A stretch of 42,188 bases of DNA from positions 1 through 42,188 of IMG/VR virus record IMGVR_UViG_3300012943_000016; one strand, written 5' to 3'. Shown one piece after another: positions 1 through 8,449 of the stretch (positions are counted from its first letter, which is position 1; each line of letters starts with the position of its first letter). The notes under the pieces are model-generated. The model had not been told where the DNA came from. It ran no database searches and saw only the letters and a list, made by a program, of their open reading frames with translations. The stretch is from a virus (Duplodnaviria > Caudoviricetes). A program made the position numbers and the translations under genes.

Positions 1-123
1 CGTCTTCGGATGCGATATCTATCGTGGCTGTATCTGGCATATGGTTACGGGATATGTTGTTCGAGTCCGCGCGCTCCCGTGTCGGCGCTCGTCTCGGCTT
101 CACCCGTCTCCGTGAGGGTGATC
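1..123. repeat. Terminal direct repeat (left copy), circular-contig overlap
   Basis: 1..123 is identical to 42066..42188. It spans the stop of ORF 45..434 and the start of the scaffold gene, so joining the ends restores a continuous operon. Confidence 0.95.
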
Positions 124-434
124 ACGCTAAAGGATTTGAATCGCTGCCACCCGGCTACGAAGCCGGCGGCAAACTTGCCCTGTGCCACCATGTCGGCCGG
201 CGGCGCGAAGGCGGCGTCCCGCATCTGCTGCTGGCCCGCGTTGTACATGATCACGTCGAGTTTCCGCATCAGCGGTGAGGCGAGCATCGCCCGCAGTTCC
301 GCCTGGTCGCTCTTCGTCAATGGCTCCGGCGGCTGCCAGCGCGCGGGCATCCGCAACGCCGCGATGATGGGCACCATGTCCGCCGGGATCTGCGCCCGCT
401 CTTCGCGGCCGAAAAATTTGCGCAGCCACTTCAC
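45..434 (-). CDS. Small head-morphogenesis-region protein between portal and scaffold
   Basis: 129-aa ORF with start overlapping the portal stop (431-434). Position is typical of podoviruses. Confidence 0.7.
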   Translation of the reverse strand: MKWLRKFFGREERAQIPADMVPIIAALRMPARWQPPEPLTKSDQAELRAMLASPLMRKLDVIMYNAGQQQMRDAAFAPPADMVAQGKFAAGFVAGWQRFKSFSVITLTETGEAETSADTGARGLEQHIP

Positions 435-2338
435 GCCGCACCTCCGATGTCGATCACGTCACCACCGCCGCCTTGCGGCTGGCCCATGCCCGGTGCCTGC
501 ATCTGCGCCTGTTGCTGCTTCGCCTGATCCACTTGATCCGCGAGCCCGGAGAGTTCTTGGAAAAGCGGCGCGCTCTGCTGCATCGCCTGCTGAAACCCCT
601 GCGGGTTTTTCTTCTTCATCGCCTGCATGTGCTGCTGGCCATGCTGCGCGAGCAGTCGCATCTGTTCAGGTGAGAGCGGTTCGCGCAGTTGTGTCCGCCG
701 CTGGATGAAGCCGGTGAGACTCTGCACATGCGCCGCGTCGTCATCGCTCGGCCGCACTTCCGCCGGGAAGCCGAGCAGCATGATGCTGATTTCCTCCGCC
801 TGATCCTCCATCTGCATCGCCGCCTGCGTGCCCGCGTTCAGCAGCAGCCGCTTCACCAGCCGCGGGTCGTCCGATTCGAGCACCGATTTATCCAGCTCCC
901 GCTGGTCGATGTTCGGATTACCGGTAAACATCTGCTTCCGCGCGATCGCCCGCTGCATCACGAACTGCCGGTTGATGTTGTCCCCGCTCCCACTCGGCTC
1001 GATCAGGTATTTATTGTTGAGCGCCGCGCCTGGCAGAGTGCCCAGTTCCCCGTCGAAGAAAAACTCCAGCTGCTCCTTCATGTACTGGATGAAGAGGCCC
1101 CACGTGAGGCGGAATCCATAGCCCAGCTCGCGGCGAAACACCCGCGCACGCAGGTCCATCGTCTGGTTCGCCATCCCGCCCACCATGTTCATCTCTGTCG
1201 CCGTGCGTGGCTTTTGTCCGGGCGCGTTCTGCGCCGCTCCGAAGTCCGGCGCCGCGATCGATTGCTCCGCCGTCATCCGTGTCATCTGCATCTGCACGCC
1301 GATGTCCATGGGCATCGCGGGGAACTGTACCGCCGTGACCTCGTAGGGTACGACCTCGCCCGGCACCATGCGGATATTCTGCGTGCCCGGCGGCAATCCG
1401 CTCTTCGCCGAAAACATCGGCGTGCACGTTAGCGTCTGGAAATCCTTTTGAGTGTTCCAGTCCTTGCACAGCGCCGCCTCGAACGGTGCCAGTCGCTCCG
1501 CCACGCCGCGGCCGGCATAGTAGCCCTTGTCCTTGATCTCTGAATTCAGCTCGAAAAACGGCGGCACATTCTCCGCGAACACCCCCTGATTGTACGGCAG
1601 GCCGAAATCTTCCCGCAGCTTATCCTTCGGCCGCGTCGGACTGTAGGTTCTCACCCACCACTGGCCCGCCTCATTCCGGTAAAAAACTTCCCACACCACG
1701 ATTTCCTCATCCGTCTTGCCGCAGGTCAGCCCCTCGCGACTCAACTTCTCCTCTTCGCTCCGCAGCGACTCCTCGCCCTTGCCGCAGATCGTCGCCACGA
1801 AAGCCTTGTCCTGGTTGAGTTCCTTGCGCCGCTTGTACGCCGCCTTCGAAAAATGCTGCACGTGCACGATCCAGTCGGCCTCCGCCAGCTTCTCCGTGCC
1901 GGCCGGCACGATCACGTAGAGAGGATGGATCGCGTCATACGCGACACGCCGCTTCTCCACATCCCAATAGACTTTCACCACGCACTTCGCGTGCAGCAGC
2001 ATCGTGTCGATCGCCGAAAAAATCTCGTCTTCGAAATTCGTCTTCTGCTTCACCTGGTAGTCAAACCACGCCGCCGCCGCGCTCTGGAACTGCGCCTGCC
2101 CCGCTGAGAGCGCCGCAAACGTCGCCAGCACATCCGTCGCGAACACCTGCTGCACATAGACCGGTTTGAGCTTTTCAAGCTGCATATCCACGAGCGGGAA
2201 ATGCATATCCGACGCATTCGGAAACGGCTTCACCCGCCGGCGCAGGCCGTCGTGGCGCATCTGATACCAAGTCGCCTGCCGCTCCTCCCACGTTTTACGT
2301 GCCGTGAGTGCGCCGAGGATTTCAGAGTGTTTGACCAT
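431..2338 (-). CDS. Portal protein (P22-like podovirus type)
   Basis: 635 aa directly after TerL, with a 'KPRTATE' motif and a Q-rich C-terminal coiled tail typical of podovirus portals. Confidence 0.9.
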   Translation of the reverse strand: MVKHSEILGALTARKTWEERQATWYQMRHDGLRRRVKPFPNASDMHFPLVDMQLEKLKPVYVQQVFATDVLATFAALSAGQAQFQSAAAAWFDYQVKQKTNFEDEIFSAIDTMLLHAKCVVKVYWDVEKRRVAYDAIHPLYVIVPAGTEKLAEADWIVHVQHFSKAAYKRRKELNQDKAFVATICGKGEESLRSEEEKLSREGLTCGKTDEEIVVWEVFYRNEAGQWWVRTYSPTRPKDKLREDFGLPYNQGVFAENVPPFFELNSEIKDKGYYAGRGVAERLAPFEAALCKDWNTQKDFQTLTCTPMFSAKSGLPPGTQNIRMVPGEVVPYEVTAVQFPAMPMDIGVQMQMTRMTAEQSIAAPDFGAAQNAPGQKPRTATEMNMVGGMANQTMDLRARVFRRELGYGFRLTWGLFIQYMKEQLEFFFDGELGTLPGAALNNKYLIEPSGSGDNINRQFVMQRAIARKQMFTGNPNIDQRELDKSVLESDDPRLVKRLLLNAGTQAAMQMEDQAEEISIMLLGFPAEVRPSDDDAAHVQSLTGFIQRRTQLREPLSPEQMRLLAQHGQQHMQAMKKKNPQGFQQAMQQSAPLFQELSGLADQVDQAKQQQAQMQAPGMGQPQGGGGDVIDIGGAA

Positions 2339-2350
2339 GGTTCAAAAAGT

Positions 2351-3748
2351 TCAGTCGCAGTAAGCCCCCGCCACCTGCCCGCGCCCCTCTTGTCGGGCCG
2401 CCTGCTCGAGCAATCCCATCTCGGGATCGGTCCATTGCATCAGCTTCACCGCTTTGAAATCCGGGTAGTCATAAGCCACGCCCACGATCGCATCCGCCCG
2501 GTCAGGACTCTTCGTGTTCGTGCGGCTCTTCGGCATCAACTGCAGCTTCCCATCCGGCCGGCCAAACACCTTCACACCGTCCCGCTCCACGTGCACTTCC
2601 TCCTTGTTGAGCAGTTGCTTTTTCAGGATCTCGTCGGCCGGGATGATCAGTTCGCCGCGCTTCAATTTGTCGTTGAGCTGCCACCACTGCTCCGCCGCGA
2701 GGTTGAAATAATGCGGATCGCGCGCCGGAGCATTATTCCCGACCGCCTGTATCTCCACGCCCATCTGCCGGAGCGCGACCAAGTAGCCGTGCCCCACGCC
2801 ATCCTCGTCTCCAAAAAGTTTATACCCCTCTCGGGTCAGCTCCTGCGCGTGTTTGAAAAACCGCATCGTGTTCCGTTCGCTGCTCGGATCGTTCGCCCAC
2901 AAGTCGCGCAGCGCGCACCGGTTCCCGTCTCGCACCGCGATCACGTTTTCATCGCCGCCCCCCTTTGCGAAATCGCAAAACGCCTGTTTGGTCCCCGCGC
3001 GGAAAACCGGCGGCCGGAGCATAGCGTTCTCGTAGTTCACGAACCCGATCACCCGTCCGTCGTTGTTTCCATCGCCGAACTCGCCCGCGATCATCGAGCG
3101 ATAGACGTCCGAATCCTCGCCGTACTGGATCCGCATCGCCTCGATGAATTCCGGCGTGATGTGCGGGCAGTCCGCCGTCGTGATCGCGAAAGACGCGAAG
3201 CGCCCGCTCTTGAACGAGTCGTAGAAGCGTCCGAGCAATCCTCCGGGCGACGAAATATAAAGCAGGTGCGTCGGCTGACACCGGTCGATCGCGATGAAGA
3301 TTTCATCCGCCACCGTCTTCGCCTCGTCCACGATGATCATCAGCGGCCGGCCCGGATACGCGTGGAACCCCTCGAACCGCCCGCCCGCATCAGTAGCGAA
3401 ACCAACGATACGCCCGCCCTCCGGCGTCTCGATCGAGGTTTCATTCCACTTCCAGCCCGCGAATTTTCCGCTGTGCGTTTTGAGCGCCGCAAACATCTGG
3501 TCGCGCACCTGGCGAAACGTCGCACTCGTCAGCACGACCGTTGCACCGGGGAATTCGTGGAGCATGCACAGCGCCAGCACGACGATGCACACCGAGGTCT
3601 TACCCGCGCCGTTCGGCGTGCGCGCCGTCGTCGGCCGTCCGCTCCACACGCTCATCATCAGCCGCGCCTGCCAGCCATAGAGCGTCATCGCGAGCGCGGC
3701 TATGGCGAAGCTCACCGGATTCACCTTTTGCGACATGTCGACCGTCAT
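2351..3748 (-). CDS. terL: Terminase large subunit
   Basis: Walker A TPNGAGKT, Walker B LMIIVDEA, and RNase H-like nuclease motifs DFAKGGGDENV and SPDRADA. Confidence 0.95.
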   Translation of the reverse strand: MTVDMSQKVNPVSFAIAALAMTLYGWQARLMMSVWSGRPTTARTPNGAGKTSVCIVVLALCMLHEFPGATVVLTSATFRQVRDQMFAALKTHSGKFAGWKWNETSIETPEGGRIVGFATDAGGRFEGFHAYPGRPLMIIVDEAKTVADEIFIAIDRCQPTHLLYISSPGGLLGRFYDSFKSGRFASFAITTADCPHITPEFIEAMRIQYGEDSDVYRSMIAGEFGDGNNDGRVIGFVNYENAMLRPPVFRAGTKQAFCDFAKGGGDENVIAVRDGNRCALRDLWANDPSSERNTMRFFKHAQELTREGYKLFGDEDGVGHGYLVALRQMGVEIQAVGNNAPARDPHYFNLAAEQWWQLNDKLKRGELIIPADEILKKQLLNKEEVHVERDGVKVFGRPDGKLQLMPKSRTNTKSPDRADAIVGVAYDYPDFKAVKLMQWTDPEMGLLEQAARQEGRGQVAGAYCD

Positions 3749-4317
3749 CAGCCGGCCCTCCGCTCGCCGCCGTTAAACTCCTGCTGCAATTGGATGATCT
3801 GCGCCCGCTGCTCCGGCGTGATCGTGTGGTGGTGGTTCACATCGCCCTCGATCTTAAGCACCAACTTGCCGAGCAGTGTGCCCAGCAGCGTGTCCGTTTG
3901 GTTCGCGAGCGTCATGAGCTCTCGCTCGCGTTTCCAGTCGCGGAGCGGTTTGGCCCGCAACTCCTCGATCTCCGCCTGCAAATCCGCGCTGCGTTGCCAA
4001 ACCCGTTTGATCAGCTGATCCGCATTGCCCGCAACTCGCGCCACCGCCTTCGCGAGAAACGCCGCGACTCCCGGCACCTTCATGATCTTCGAAGCATGCG
4101 CCTCCGGGTCGGCATAGCCGGCGGTCTTTCCCGCCGCGACCGCCGATCCAGTTTTCAAATACGCGACGCAAAATTCCAGCTGCTTGCGCGAAAGGACGGC
4201 CGCGCCCTGAGGCAAATCGGCGAGGCCCACCGCCTCGAACATTTCCTTCGCGCCCGGCAGCGTCAGCTGCTCCGCCTTATCGGCGTCGGAGGGCGGAAAA
4301 AGGAGAGGCGCGCTCAT
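3748..4317 (-). CDS. terS: Terminase small subunit
   Basis: N-terminal HTH signature LSRKQLEFCVAYLKTGSAVAAGKTAGY, abutting terL. Start placed at ATG 4317 (uncertain). Confidence 0.85.
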   Translation of the reverse strand: MSAPLLFPPSDADKAEQLTLPGAKEMFEAVGLADLPQGAAVLSRKQLEFCVAYLKTGSAVAAGKTAGYADPEAHASKIMKVPGVAAFLAKAVARVAGNADQLIKRVWQRSADLQAEIEELRAKPLRDWKRERELMTLANQTDTLLGTLLGKLVLKIEGDVNHHHTITPEQRAQIIQLQQEFNGGERRAG

Positions 4318-4362
4318 GCGAAATATCCACACGCGCGCGCCTCCGCGAACCAATCCAGAAAC

Positions 4363-4393
4363 CGGGTTAGTTCGGTGAACTAACCCGAACTAA
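4363..4393. promoter_or_regulatory. Perfect 11-bp inverted repeat plus a third GAACTAA copy upstream of terS
   Basis: CGGGTTAGTTC-ggt-GAACTAACCCG (4363-4387), with GAACTAA again at 4387-4393, in the early/late intergenic gap. Confidence 0.55.
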
Positions 4394-4400
4394 GTGTCAT

Positions 4401-4721
4401 TTAGTGCAAATTCGCGGGCAGGTAGTTGGCCAGCACGCACGCCACCTTGCGCCCGGCGCGTGTCGGCGAAATCGTCAGTCCGAACGGTCCGCGCGCAGCC
4501 GTGAAGCTCACGCGCTCGCCGTCATCCAGGCACTCGATGGTCACGCGAAACCCGGAAGCCTTGGCCCGCGGCATCACGCAATGCGACGTATCCGGCAACA
4601 CGGGATCGGCGAACGCACGCGCGAGCCGCTTGCATTCCTTCGCCGCGCGCTGGTTCGCGCGTTTCCGCAAATGCCGCCGCAGGTTCTCGCTGCGATGTAG
4701 TGACTTCCGCCTTACCATCAT
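4401..4721 (-). CDS. Basic hypothetical protein, last gene of the early operon
   Basis: 106-aa ORF with ATGA overlap with the upstream cassette gene at 4718-4721. Confidence 0.7.
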   Translation of the reverse strand: MMVRRKSLHRSENLRRHLRKRANQRAAKECKRLARAFADPVLPDTSHCVMPRAKASGFRVTIECLDDGERVSFTAARGPFGLTISPTRAGRKVACVLANYLPANLH

Positions 4722-5014
4722 TTTTCGATGTTGGTTATCCTATGGTTCGGCAAAAGTCTTTTCAGGATGCCGATGGCGTATTTCCCGAGAGCTGCGCGGA
4801 AGAAAGAGCCCTCGCAGTCCACGATGTACTCCCGGCCTTTGCGGGTCCACGGCGTGCCGTCCATCGCGACTTTGAAGATGATGCCCACCCGACGGAAGAG
4901 CACGATGTAGTATGACCGGAACTCTGGCACCTCTTCGATGCGGCAGCGCCACAGGCCGAACAAAGCCTCACAGCGCAACGCCTCTACGGGGTCTGTTTTG
5001 TTATCAGTGTCCAT
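4718..5014 (-). CDS. Cassette 1 hypothetical protein
   Basis: MDTDNKTDPVEALRCEALFG...LPNHRITNIEK. ATG 5014 lies in the attC1 loop. Confidence 0.7.
   Translation of the reverse strand: MDTDNKTDPVEALRCEALFGLWRCRIEEVPEFRSYYIVLFRRVGIIFKVAMDGTPWTRKGREYIVDCEGSFFRAALGKYAIGILKRLLPNHRITNIEK
4729..4751 (+). other. Left array boundary: attC right-arm half-site or attI-like site
   Basis: GTTGGTTA-tcctatg-GTTCGGC mimics the L'-spacer-R' arm of the attCs but has no complete left arm; only a degenerate GCCTTAC at 4709-4715. Confidence 0.55.
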
Positions 5015-5046
5015 GGTTCGGCGTGGCTGAAGATTGGGCGTTCGCC
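4955..5046 (+). other. attC-like site 1
   Basis: GCCGAAC...tcacagcgcaacgcc / ggcgtggctga...GTTCGCC (92 bp). Confidence 0.85.
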
Positions 5047-5627
5047 CAATTCGCCGTGAAGTAATCGGCCACGGTGTCCGCGAGAGCGGGCGGGATCTCT
5101 GCGCGGAGTTCGGGGCGCATCCCCGACTTTGCCATTTTCCCGCGTGGCAGCACGGGCATGAGAAGCGGCACGTCACCCCACAGCGCGTAGCTTTCGCACC
5201 GCACCGAGCCGGCGACGTGGCGCGCCGCGAAATTCGAGCACTCGACCAGCCGGCGCGGCCGGTCGCAGAGCGCTACGGACCAGGTGAGCAGGTCGAGCGC
5301 CCATTGCGCCGGCTGTTTGTCGCCGCGCAGCCACGGCAGCCAGGCGCGCGCGTATTCTTCGCACGGCGGCGACATCACCACCGCGTCAAATCTATTGATC
5401 CATTCGCGGTCGAGCGTGAGCACGTCGGCTTGCACGAACTCATGCGGGTAGCCGAGTGCGGCGATGTCCACGCCGACGCAGCGCCAGCCACGCGCCGCGA
5501 ATGATTTCGACCACCCGCCGACGCCGCAGAAGAGGTCCAAAACGGAGGGCGAACCAGACGCCACAGCACAATGCCGGGCGCTGTCACGTCCGTCCGCGAT
5601 GTCGATGCTTGGAGCAGCGCCCGTCAT
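5004..5627 (-). CDS. Cassette 2: short DNA cytosine-C5 methyltransferase-like protein
   Basis: Motif I VLDLFCGVGG, VGVDI, catalytic SPPC and a C-terminal RAEIPP. Much shorter than canonical Dcm; start uncertain. Confidence 0.8.
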   Translation of the reverse strand: MTGAAPSIDIADGRDSARHCAVASGSPSVLDLFCGVGGWSKSFAARGWRCVGVDIAALGYPHEFVQADVLTLDREWINRFDAVVMSPPCEEYARAWLPWLRGDKQPAQWALDLLTWSVALCDRPRRLVECSNFAARHVAGSVRCESYALWGDVPLLMPVLPRGKMAKSGMRPELRAEIPPALADTVADYFTANWANAQSSATPNHGH

Positions 5628-5648
5628 GGCTGAGCTTTTCCGTTAGGG
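5548..5648 (+). other. attC-like site 2
   Basis: GGCGAAC...cacagcacaatgccgggcgctg / cagcgcccgtcatggctga...GTTAGGG (101 bp). Confidence 0.85.
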
Positions 5649-5954
5649 CAGGCGTGACCAGTAGGCTTGGAGTTGTGCGCGGCATTCGTAGTAGGAATGA
5701 GCGCGACCGCTCGCCGCCTCGCCAGAGAAGCCGTCGGCCATCTCGTCATTGGCGGTTTCCTCAGCGTATTCTTCGAGCCCTTTAAGGATCGAGGAGATCG
5801 TCACGATTTCGAGCGGGGTGCTCTCGTCGAAGTGTTTCTTCTCGGCGTCCACGTCTGCCGCCGTCGCGTAGTTCCCCAGAAGCCCTAACCATGCGTCCAC
5901 AGCCAACGCCGGGGGCTGTCCGGCTGGCGATTGAGTTTCGGTTTTCGTATCCAT
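5643..5954 (-). CDS. Cassette 3 hypothetical protein
   Basis: 103 aa. Starts in the attC3 loop and stops at the TAA inside the attC2 core. Confidence 0.75.
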   Translation of the reverse strand: MDTKTETQSPAGQPPALAVDAWLGLLGNYATAADVDAEKKHFDESTPLEIVTISSILKGLEEYAEETANDEMADGFSGEAASGRAHSYYECRAQLQAYWSRLP

Positions 5955-6014
5955 AAAGTGCTGTCTTGATGTTATTGGTTTTCGCCCGGCGTCGGCTGAT
6001 CCGCGGCGTTCGGC
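5883..6014 (+). other. attC-like site 3
   Basis: CCCTAAC...cagccaacgccggg / cccggcgtcggctga...GTTCGGC (132 bp). Confidence 0.88.
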
Positions 6015-6292
6015 GAAGGCAGGTAGCGCACGAAGTCGAAGTCATACCACGACCAATCTACACCGGTTGCCGGTTCGATCTTCGACAGCCGGAAGACGGC
6101 GGTTTTCCCGCTCATCATCGCGACGTTGATTTCAACGCCTACGCGATCCGGGCAGCCGTGGTTATACCAGAACGTGGCGCACCCATGGGTGCGGATTGGT
6201 CGGGGGATCGGTTCGGCTTGCGCACGGTTACGCCGAACCACCCGTAGAGCCAACGCGGACAGGCGTGCTTTGGTTTTCGCGAGGGTCTTCAC
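5972..6292 (-). CDS. Cassette 4 hypothetical protein
   Basis: 106 aa. GTG start in the attC4 loop, stop in the attC3 loop, tail SPNAADQPTPGENQ. Confidence 0.65.
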   Translation of the reverse strand: MKTLAKTKARLSALALRVVRRNRAQAEPIPRPIRTHGCATFWYNHGCPDRVGVEINVAMMSGKTAVFRLSKIEPATGVDWSWYDFDFVRYLPSPNAADQPTPGENQ

Positions 6293-6337
6293 GTGTTCGA
6301 GGGCTTAGAGCCGCGTGGCTCACTTGGGACGTTAGCC
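6232..6337 (+). other. attC-like site 4
   Basis: GCCGAAC...gagccaacgcgg / ccgcgtggctca...GTTAGCC (106 bp). Confidence 0.88.
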
Positions 6338-6571
6338 TTGGAGCTGGATTTGAACGTCCATGCTAAACGGCGGCTCGGCACCCATCACGAGATGCGGGCC
6401 GAATATCTGCATCAGTTCCCACATTTGGATGGTACACCATCCATCGGCATCTTCGTTGGGCGGTCCTGATTCGATTCCGATCCGCTCGCGGTCCTGCATG
6501 AAAATCTCGCGCCCTTTGGTATTAAGTTGCACGCGCACGTAGTTGTTCAGATTCCAGATTTGAAAGTTCAT
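6332..6571 (-). CDS. Cassette 5 phage-type hypothetical protein
   Basis: MNFQIWNLNNYVRVQLNTKG...QMWELMQIFG; stop TAA lies within the attC4 core. Confidence 0.75.
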   Translation of the reverse strand: MNFQIWNLNNYVRVQLNTKGREIFMQDRERIGIESGPPNEDADGWCTIQMWELMQIFGPHLVMGAEPPFSMDVQIQLQG

Positions 6572-6589
6572 ATTTTCGGTTAAAAGAAT

Positions 6590-6657
6590 GGCTAACCAGC
6601 GATTACACACAACCTCCGGAGCTTCGCTCCTTCGGTGTGTGACCCGCGATGTTAGCC
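6590..6657 (+). other. attC-like site 5
   Basis: GGCTAAC...acacacaacc / ggtgtgtga...GTTAGCC (68 bp), with an inner ggagc-ttc-gctcc hairpin. Confidence 0.9.
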
Positions 6658-6995
6658 GGACGCCGAAGCTCCGAAAGTAGGTAGTCGCCCACTTCAGGAA
6701 GCTGGTCGCTGTTGAGTTCGATGCTTTTGCGTGAGCGTGGCATCCAATCGAAGCGCATCGCGTTTCCGTTTGCGTCGAACCACTCTACCCATCCTCCGGG
6801 TAGCTGTTTCCACCACGCCTTCACACCCCATGCCCTCCATGAGAGATCGCCGTCCTCGCGGCGCGTGAGATACCAGCCTTTGCGGCGTGGGGTTGTTTCT
6901 TTGTCTTTCCAGAGGCTAACCATCGCACCACAGCCAACGCCCTTGTCCGGGGCTTCGGCGGTATCTGTATCCACTTTATTGTTACTTGAGGTCAT
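6603..6995 (-). CDS. Cassette 6 Trp-rich hypothetical protein
   Basis: 130 aa with P..KGWYLTR...W...W. Start in the attC6 loop, stop in attC5. Confidence 0.75.
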   Translation of the reverse strand: MTSSNNKVDTDTAEAPDKGVGCGAMVSLWKDKETTPRRKGWYLTRREDGDLSWRAWGVKAWWKQLPGGWVEWFDANGNAMRFDWMPRSRKSIELNSDQLPEVGDYLLSELRRPANIAGHTPKERSSGGCV

Positions 6996-7036
6996 AGAGT
7001 TGTTCTCAGGGCGTCGGCTGATTGCGGTCGTTCGGC
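6914..7036 (+). other. attC-like site 6
   Basis: GGCTAAC...cagccaacgccct / agggcgtcggctga...GTTCGGC (123 bp). Confidence 0.88.
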
Positions 7037-7324
7037 TTCATCCTCAGCGTCGAGATCAGGAAGCGACTCCAACGACACTGCGCATTCGTCGGCAAATCGG
7101 TTGATCGCGTATCCGTGGGAGCGACTGGCAAGCACATGCGACCCGTCAAAGTCGGTCTCTCCCGTGGCAGTGCAGCAGATCGGCTGGCCCGACTGCGTAT
7201 GCGTCCAGACGGTCGCGCCGTTTTCGAAAGAAACCGCCGAACCAGAGCTGCCAGACCCAACGCCCTTGCTTTTCAGTTCTTCGACAGCAGCCGTCCGACG
7301 CTCCACATCAGTTGTATTTTCCAT
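6992..7324 (-). CDS. Cassette 7 hypothetical protein
   Basis: MENTTDVERR... starts in the attC7 loop; its TGA overlaps the next ATG (6992-6995). Confidence 0.7.
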   Translation of the reverse strand: MENTTDVERRTAAVEELKSKGVGSGSSGSAVSFENGATVWTHTQSGQPICCTATGETDFDGSHVLASRSHGYAINRFADECAVSLESLPDLDAEDEAERPQSADALRTTL

Positions 7325-7371
7325 AGTATTACAGCCCGCGCGGCGGGCGTTGGTCATCAGCGTTGTTCGCT
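7236..7371 (+). other. attC-like site 7
   Basis: GCCGAAC...gacccaacgccc / gggcgttggtca...GTTCGCT (136 bp). Confidence 0.85.
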
Positions 7372-7676
7372 AAGGAAAAAGCCGCGCGCACGCACTCGGG
7401 ACATAGTTGCGCCGTCCGGCTTTCGTAGTCCGGCGGCTCGCCGACCTGAATCAGAGCATCCACCTCTTTTTTGCACTCATCGCATGTCATGCGTGTCCAG
7501 CTTCGATTCCCGATGATGCGTTCGATGTCATCCTCGGTCGCGGTTTCCACGTTGATACGATCTAGTTCTTTGGCGATTTTGCCTTTCGAGTCGTCCCACT
7601 TTTGGAACGGCGTATATGTCTGCCGCCAGTGCGCGGGCACTCTGCGGATGATTTCTCTTTTGGTCGTGAGGTTCAT
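7329..7676 (-). CDS. Cassette 8 zinc-finger-like protein
   Basis: CDEC...CPEC motifs; stop in the attC7 loop. Confidence 0.75.
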   Translation of the reverse strand: MNLTTKREIIRRVPAHWRQTYTPFQKWDDSKGKIAKELDRINVETATEDDIERIIGNRSWTRMTCDECKKEVDALIQVGEPPDYESRTAQLCPECVRAAFSLANNADDQRPPRGL

Positions 7677-7683
7677 GATCGGA

Positions 7684-7803
7684 AGCGAACCATCCACTAG
7701 AGCCAACGGCCCTAGCTTCAGGCGGATTGTTGATTAGGGCGTGCGGTCGATTTTCTGGCTAGGTATCCCGCTCTCGGGGCCGTTGCTCACTGGGGCGTTC
7801 GAC
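7684..7803 (+). other. attC-like site 8
   Basis: AGCGAAC...gagccaacggccc / gggccgttgctca...GTTCGAC (120 bp). Confidence 0.88.
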
Positions 7804-8144
7804 CTACTCGGCGCGGTGACTCCGAGCGCGACGAGCGCAGCGTATGCTTTGCCGCGATACTTTCCGCGCTGGAATCGGTGCAGGGCGATCCACGGAGTAT
7901 CTTGCCCTTCGTGGCGGTTGTGCTCCGCGTGGATTGCGCGAGCCACCTTGTCTTGCATTTTCTCAAATGCTTTAGGCGAGCACTGGCCGTCCCCGAATAC
8001 TTCGCACGCGCGGCACGGCGTTGCCTGCTTCCTGAGTTCGGCATGGAGTTCGGACGCAAGCACGCTGCATTTTGTCAGCGCCTTGGATGCGCCTGCTGCC
8101 TCGATGGCATGGCAGAGCGCGAGAGCTTTCTTAGATGTTGTCAT
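7734..8144 (-). CDS. Cassette 9 hypothetical protein
   Basis: 136 aa; tail RSNAPVSNGPESG is encoded by the attC8 right arm. Confidence 0.75.
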   Translation of the reverse strand: MTTSKKALALCHAIEAAGASKALTKCSVLASELHAELRKQATPCRACEVFGDGQCSPKAFEKMQDKVARAIHAEHNRHEGQDTPWIALHRFQRGKYRGKAYAALVALGVTAPSRSNAPVSNGPESGIPSQKIDRTP

Positions 8145-8167
8145 GTTTTCGTGAGGTTAAAAGAGAG

Positions 8168-8225
8168 GTCGAACCAAGCCATCACAGCCAACGCCTAGCG
8201 GCGTGGCTGACTGGCGATGTTCGAC
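8168..8225 (+). other. attC-like site 9 (classic ~59-base element)
   Basis: GTCGAAC-caagccatcacagccaacgcc-tagc-ggcgtggctgactggcgat-GTTCGAC (58 bp). Confidence 0.92.
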
Positions 8226-8413
8226 GCGGCGGCCTTCGCCAGTTCTGCGATCTCCCGTGCGAGCGATCGCCTTTGCTTCTTCGTCTCGCACAGGTCGATT
8301 GCCTCGAGCCAGTAGTGCTCAGATAGCCGAGCGCGGGCGAAGAGCTGTGCGAGCGCCGCTTTCGAACCAGCGACCACACCCAACGCGGATGACGTGTCGT
8401 TTTGATTACTCAT
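8195..8413 (-). CDS. Cassette 10 hypothetical protein
   Basis: MSNQNDTSSALGVVAGSK...ASNIASQPRR. Start in the attC10 loop, TAG at the attC9 apex. Confidence 0.7.
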   Translation of the reverse strand: MSNQNDTSSALGVVAGSKAALAQLFARARLSEHYWLEAIDLCETKKQRRSLAREIAELAKAAASNIASQPRR

Positions 8414-8449
8414 GGCTGTTTTCGCGTGGGTGATTCGCGGTCGTTGGCC
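8361..8449 (+). other. attC-like site 10
   Basis: TTCGAAC...cacccaacgcg / cgcgtgggtga...GTTGGCC (89 bp). Confidence 0.85.

Noticed and set aside
1-123. Biological terminal repeat (T7-like DTR) or cos end
   Set aside because: It falls across coding sequence in the head operon and is best explained as assembly overlap of a circular contig; read termini would be needed to show otherwise.
2201-4018. Long + strand ORFs (e.g. 2201-4018, 10018-11253, 26154-27578, 30367-31953, 37655-39121)
   Set aside because: Antisense shadows of well-supported - strand genes in GC-rich DNA; Arg/His-rich with no motifs.
6211-6217. Extra core-like heptamers (GTTCGGC at 6211 and inside the attC1 loop; GCCGAAC at 8447)
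   Set aside because: None has the flanking L-box stem or the correct spacing.
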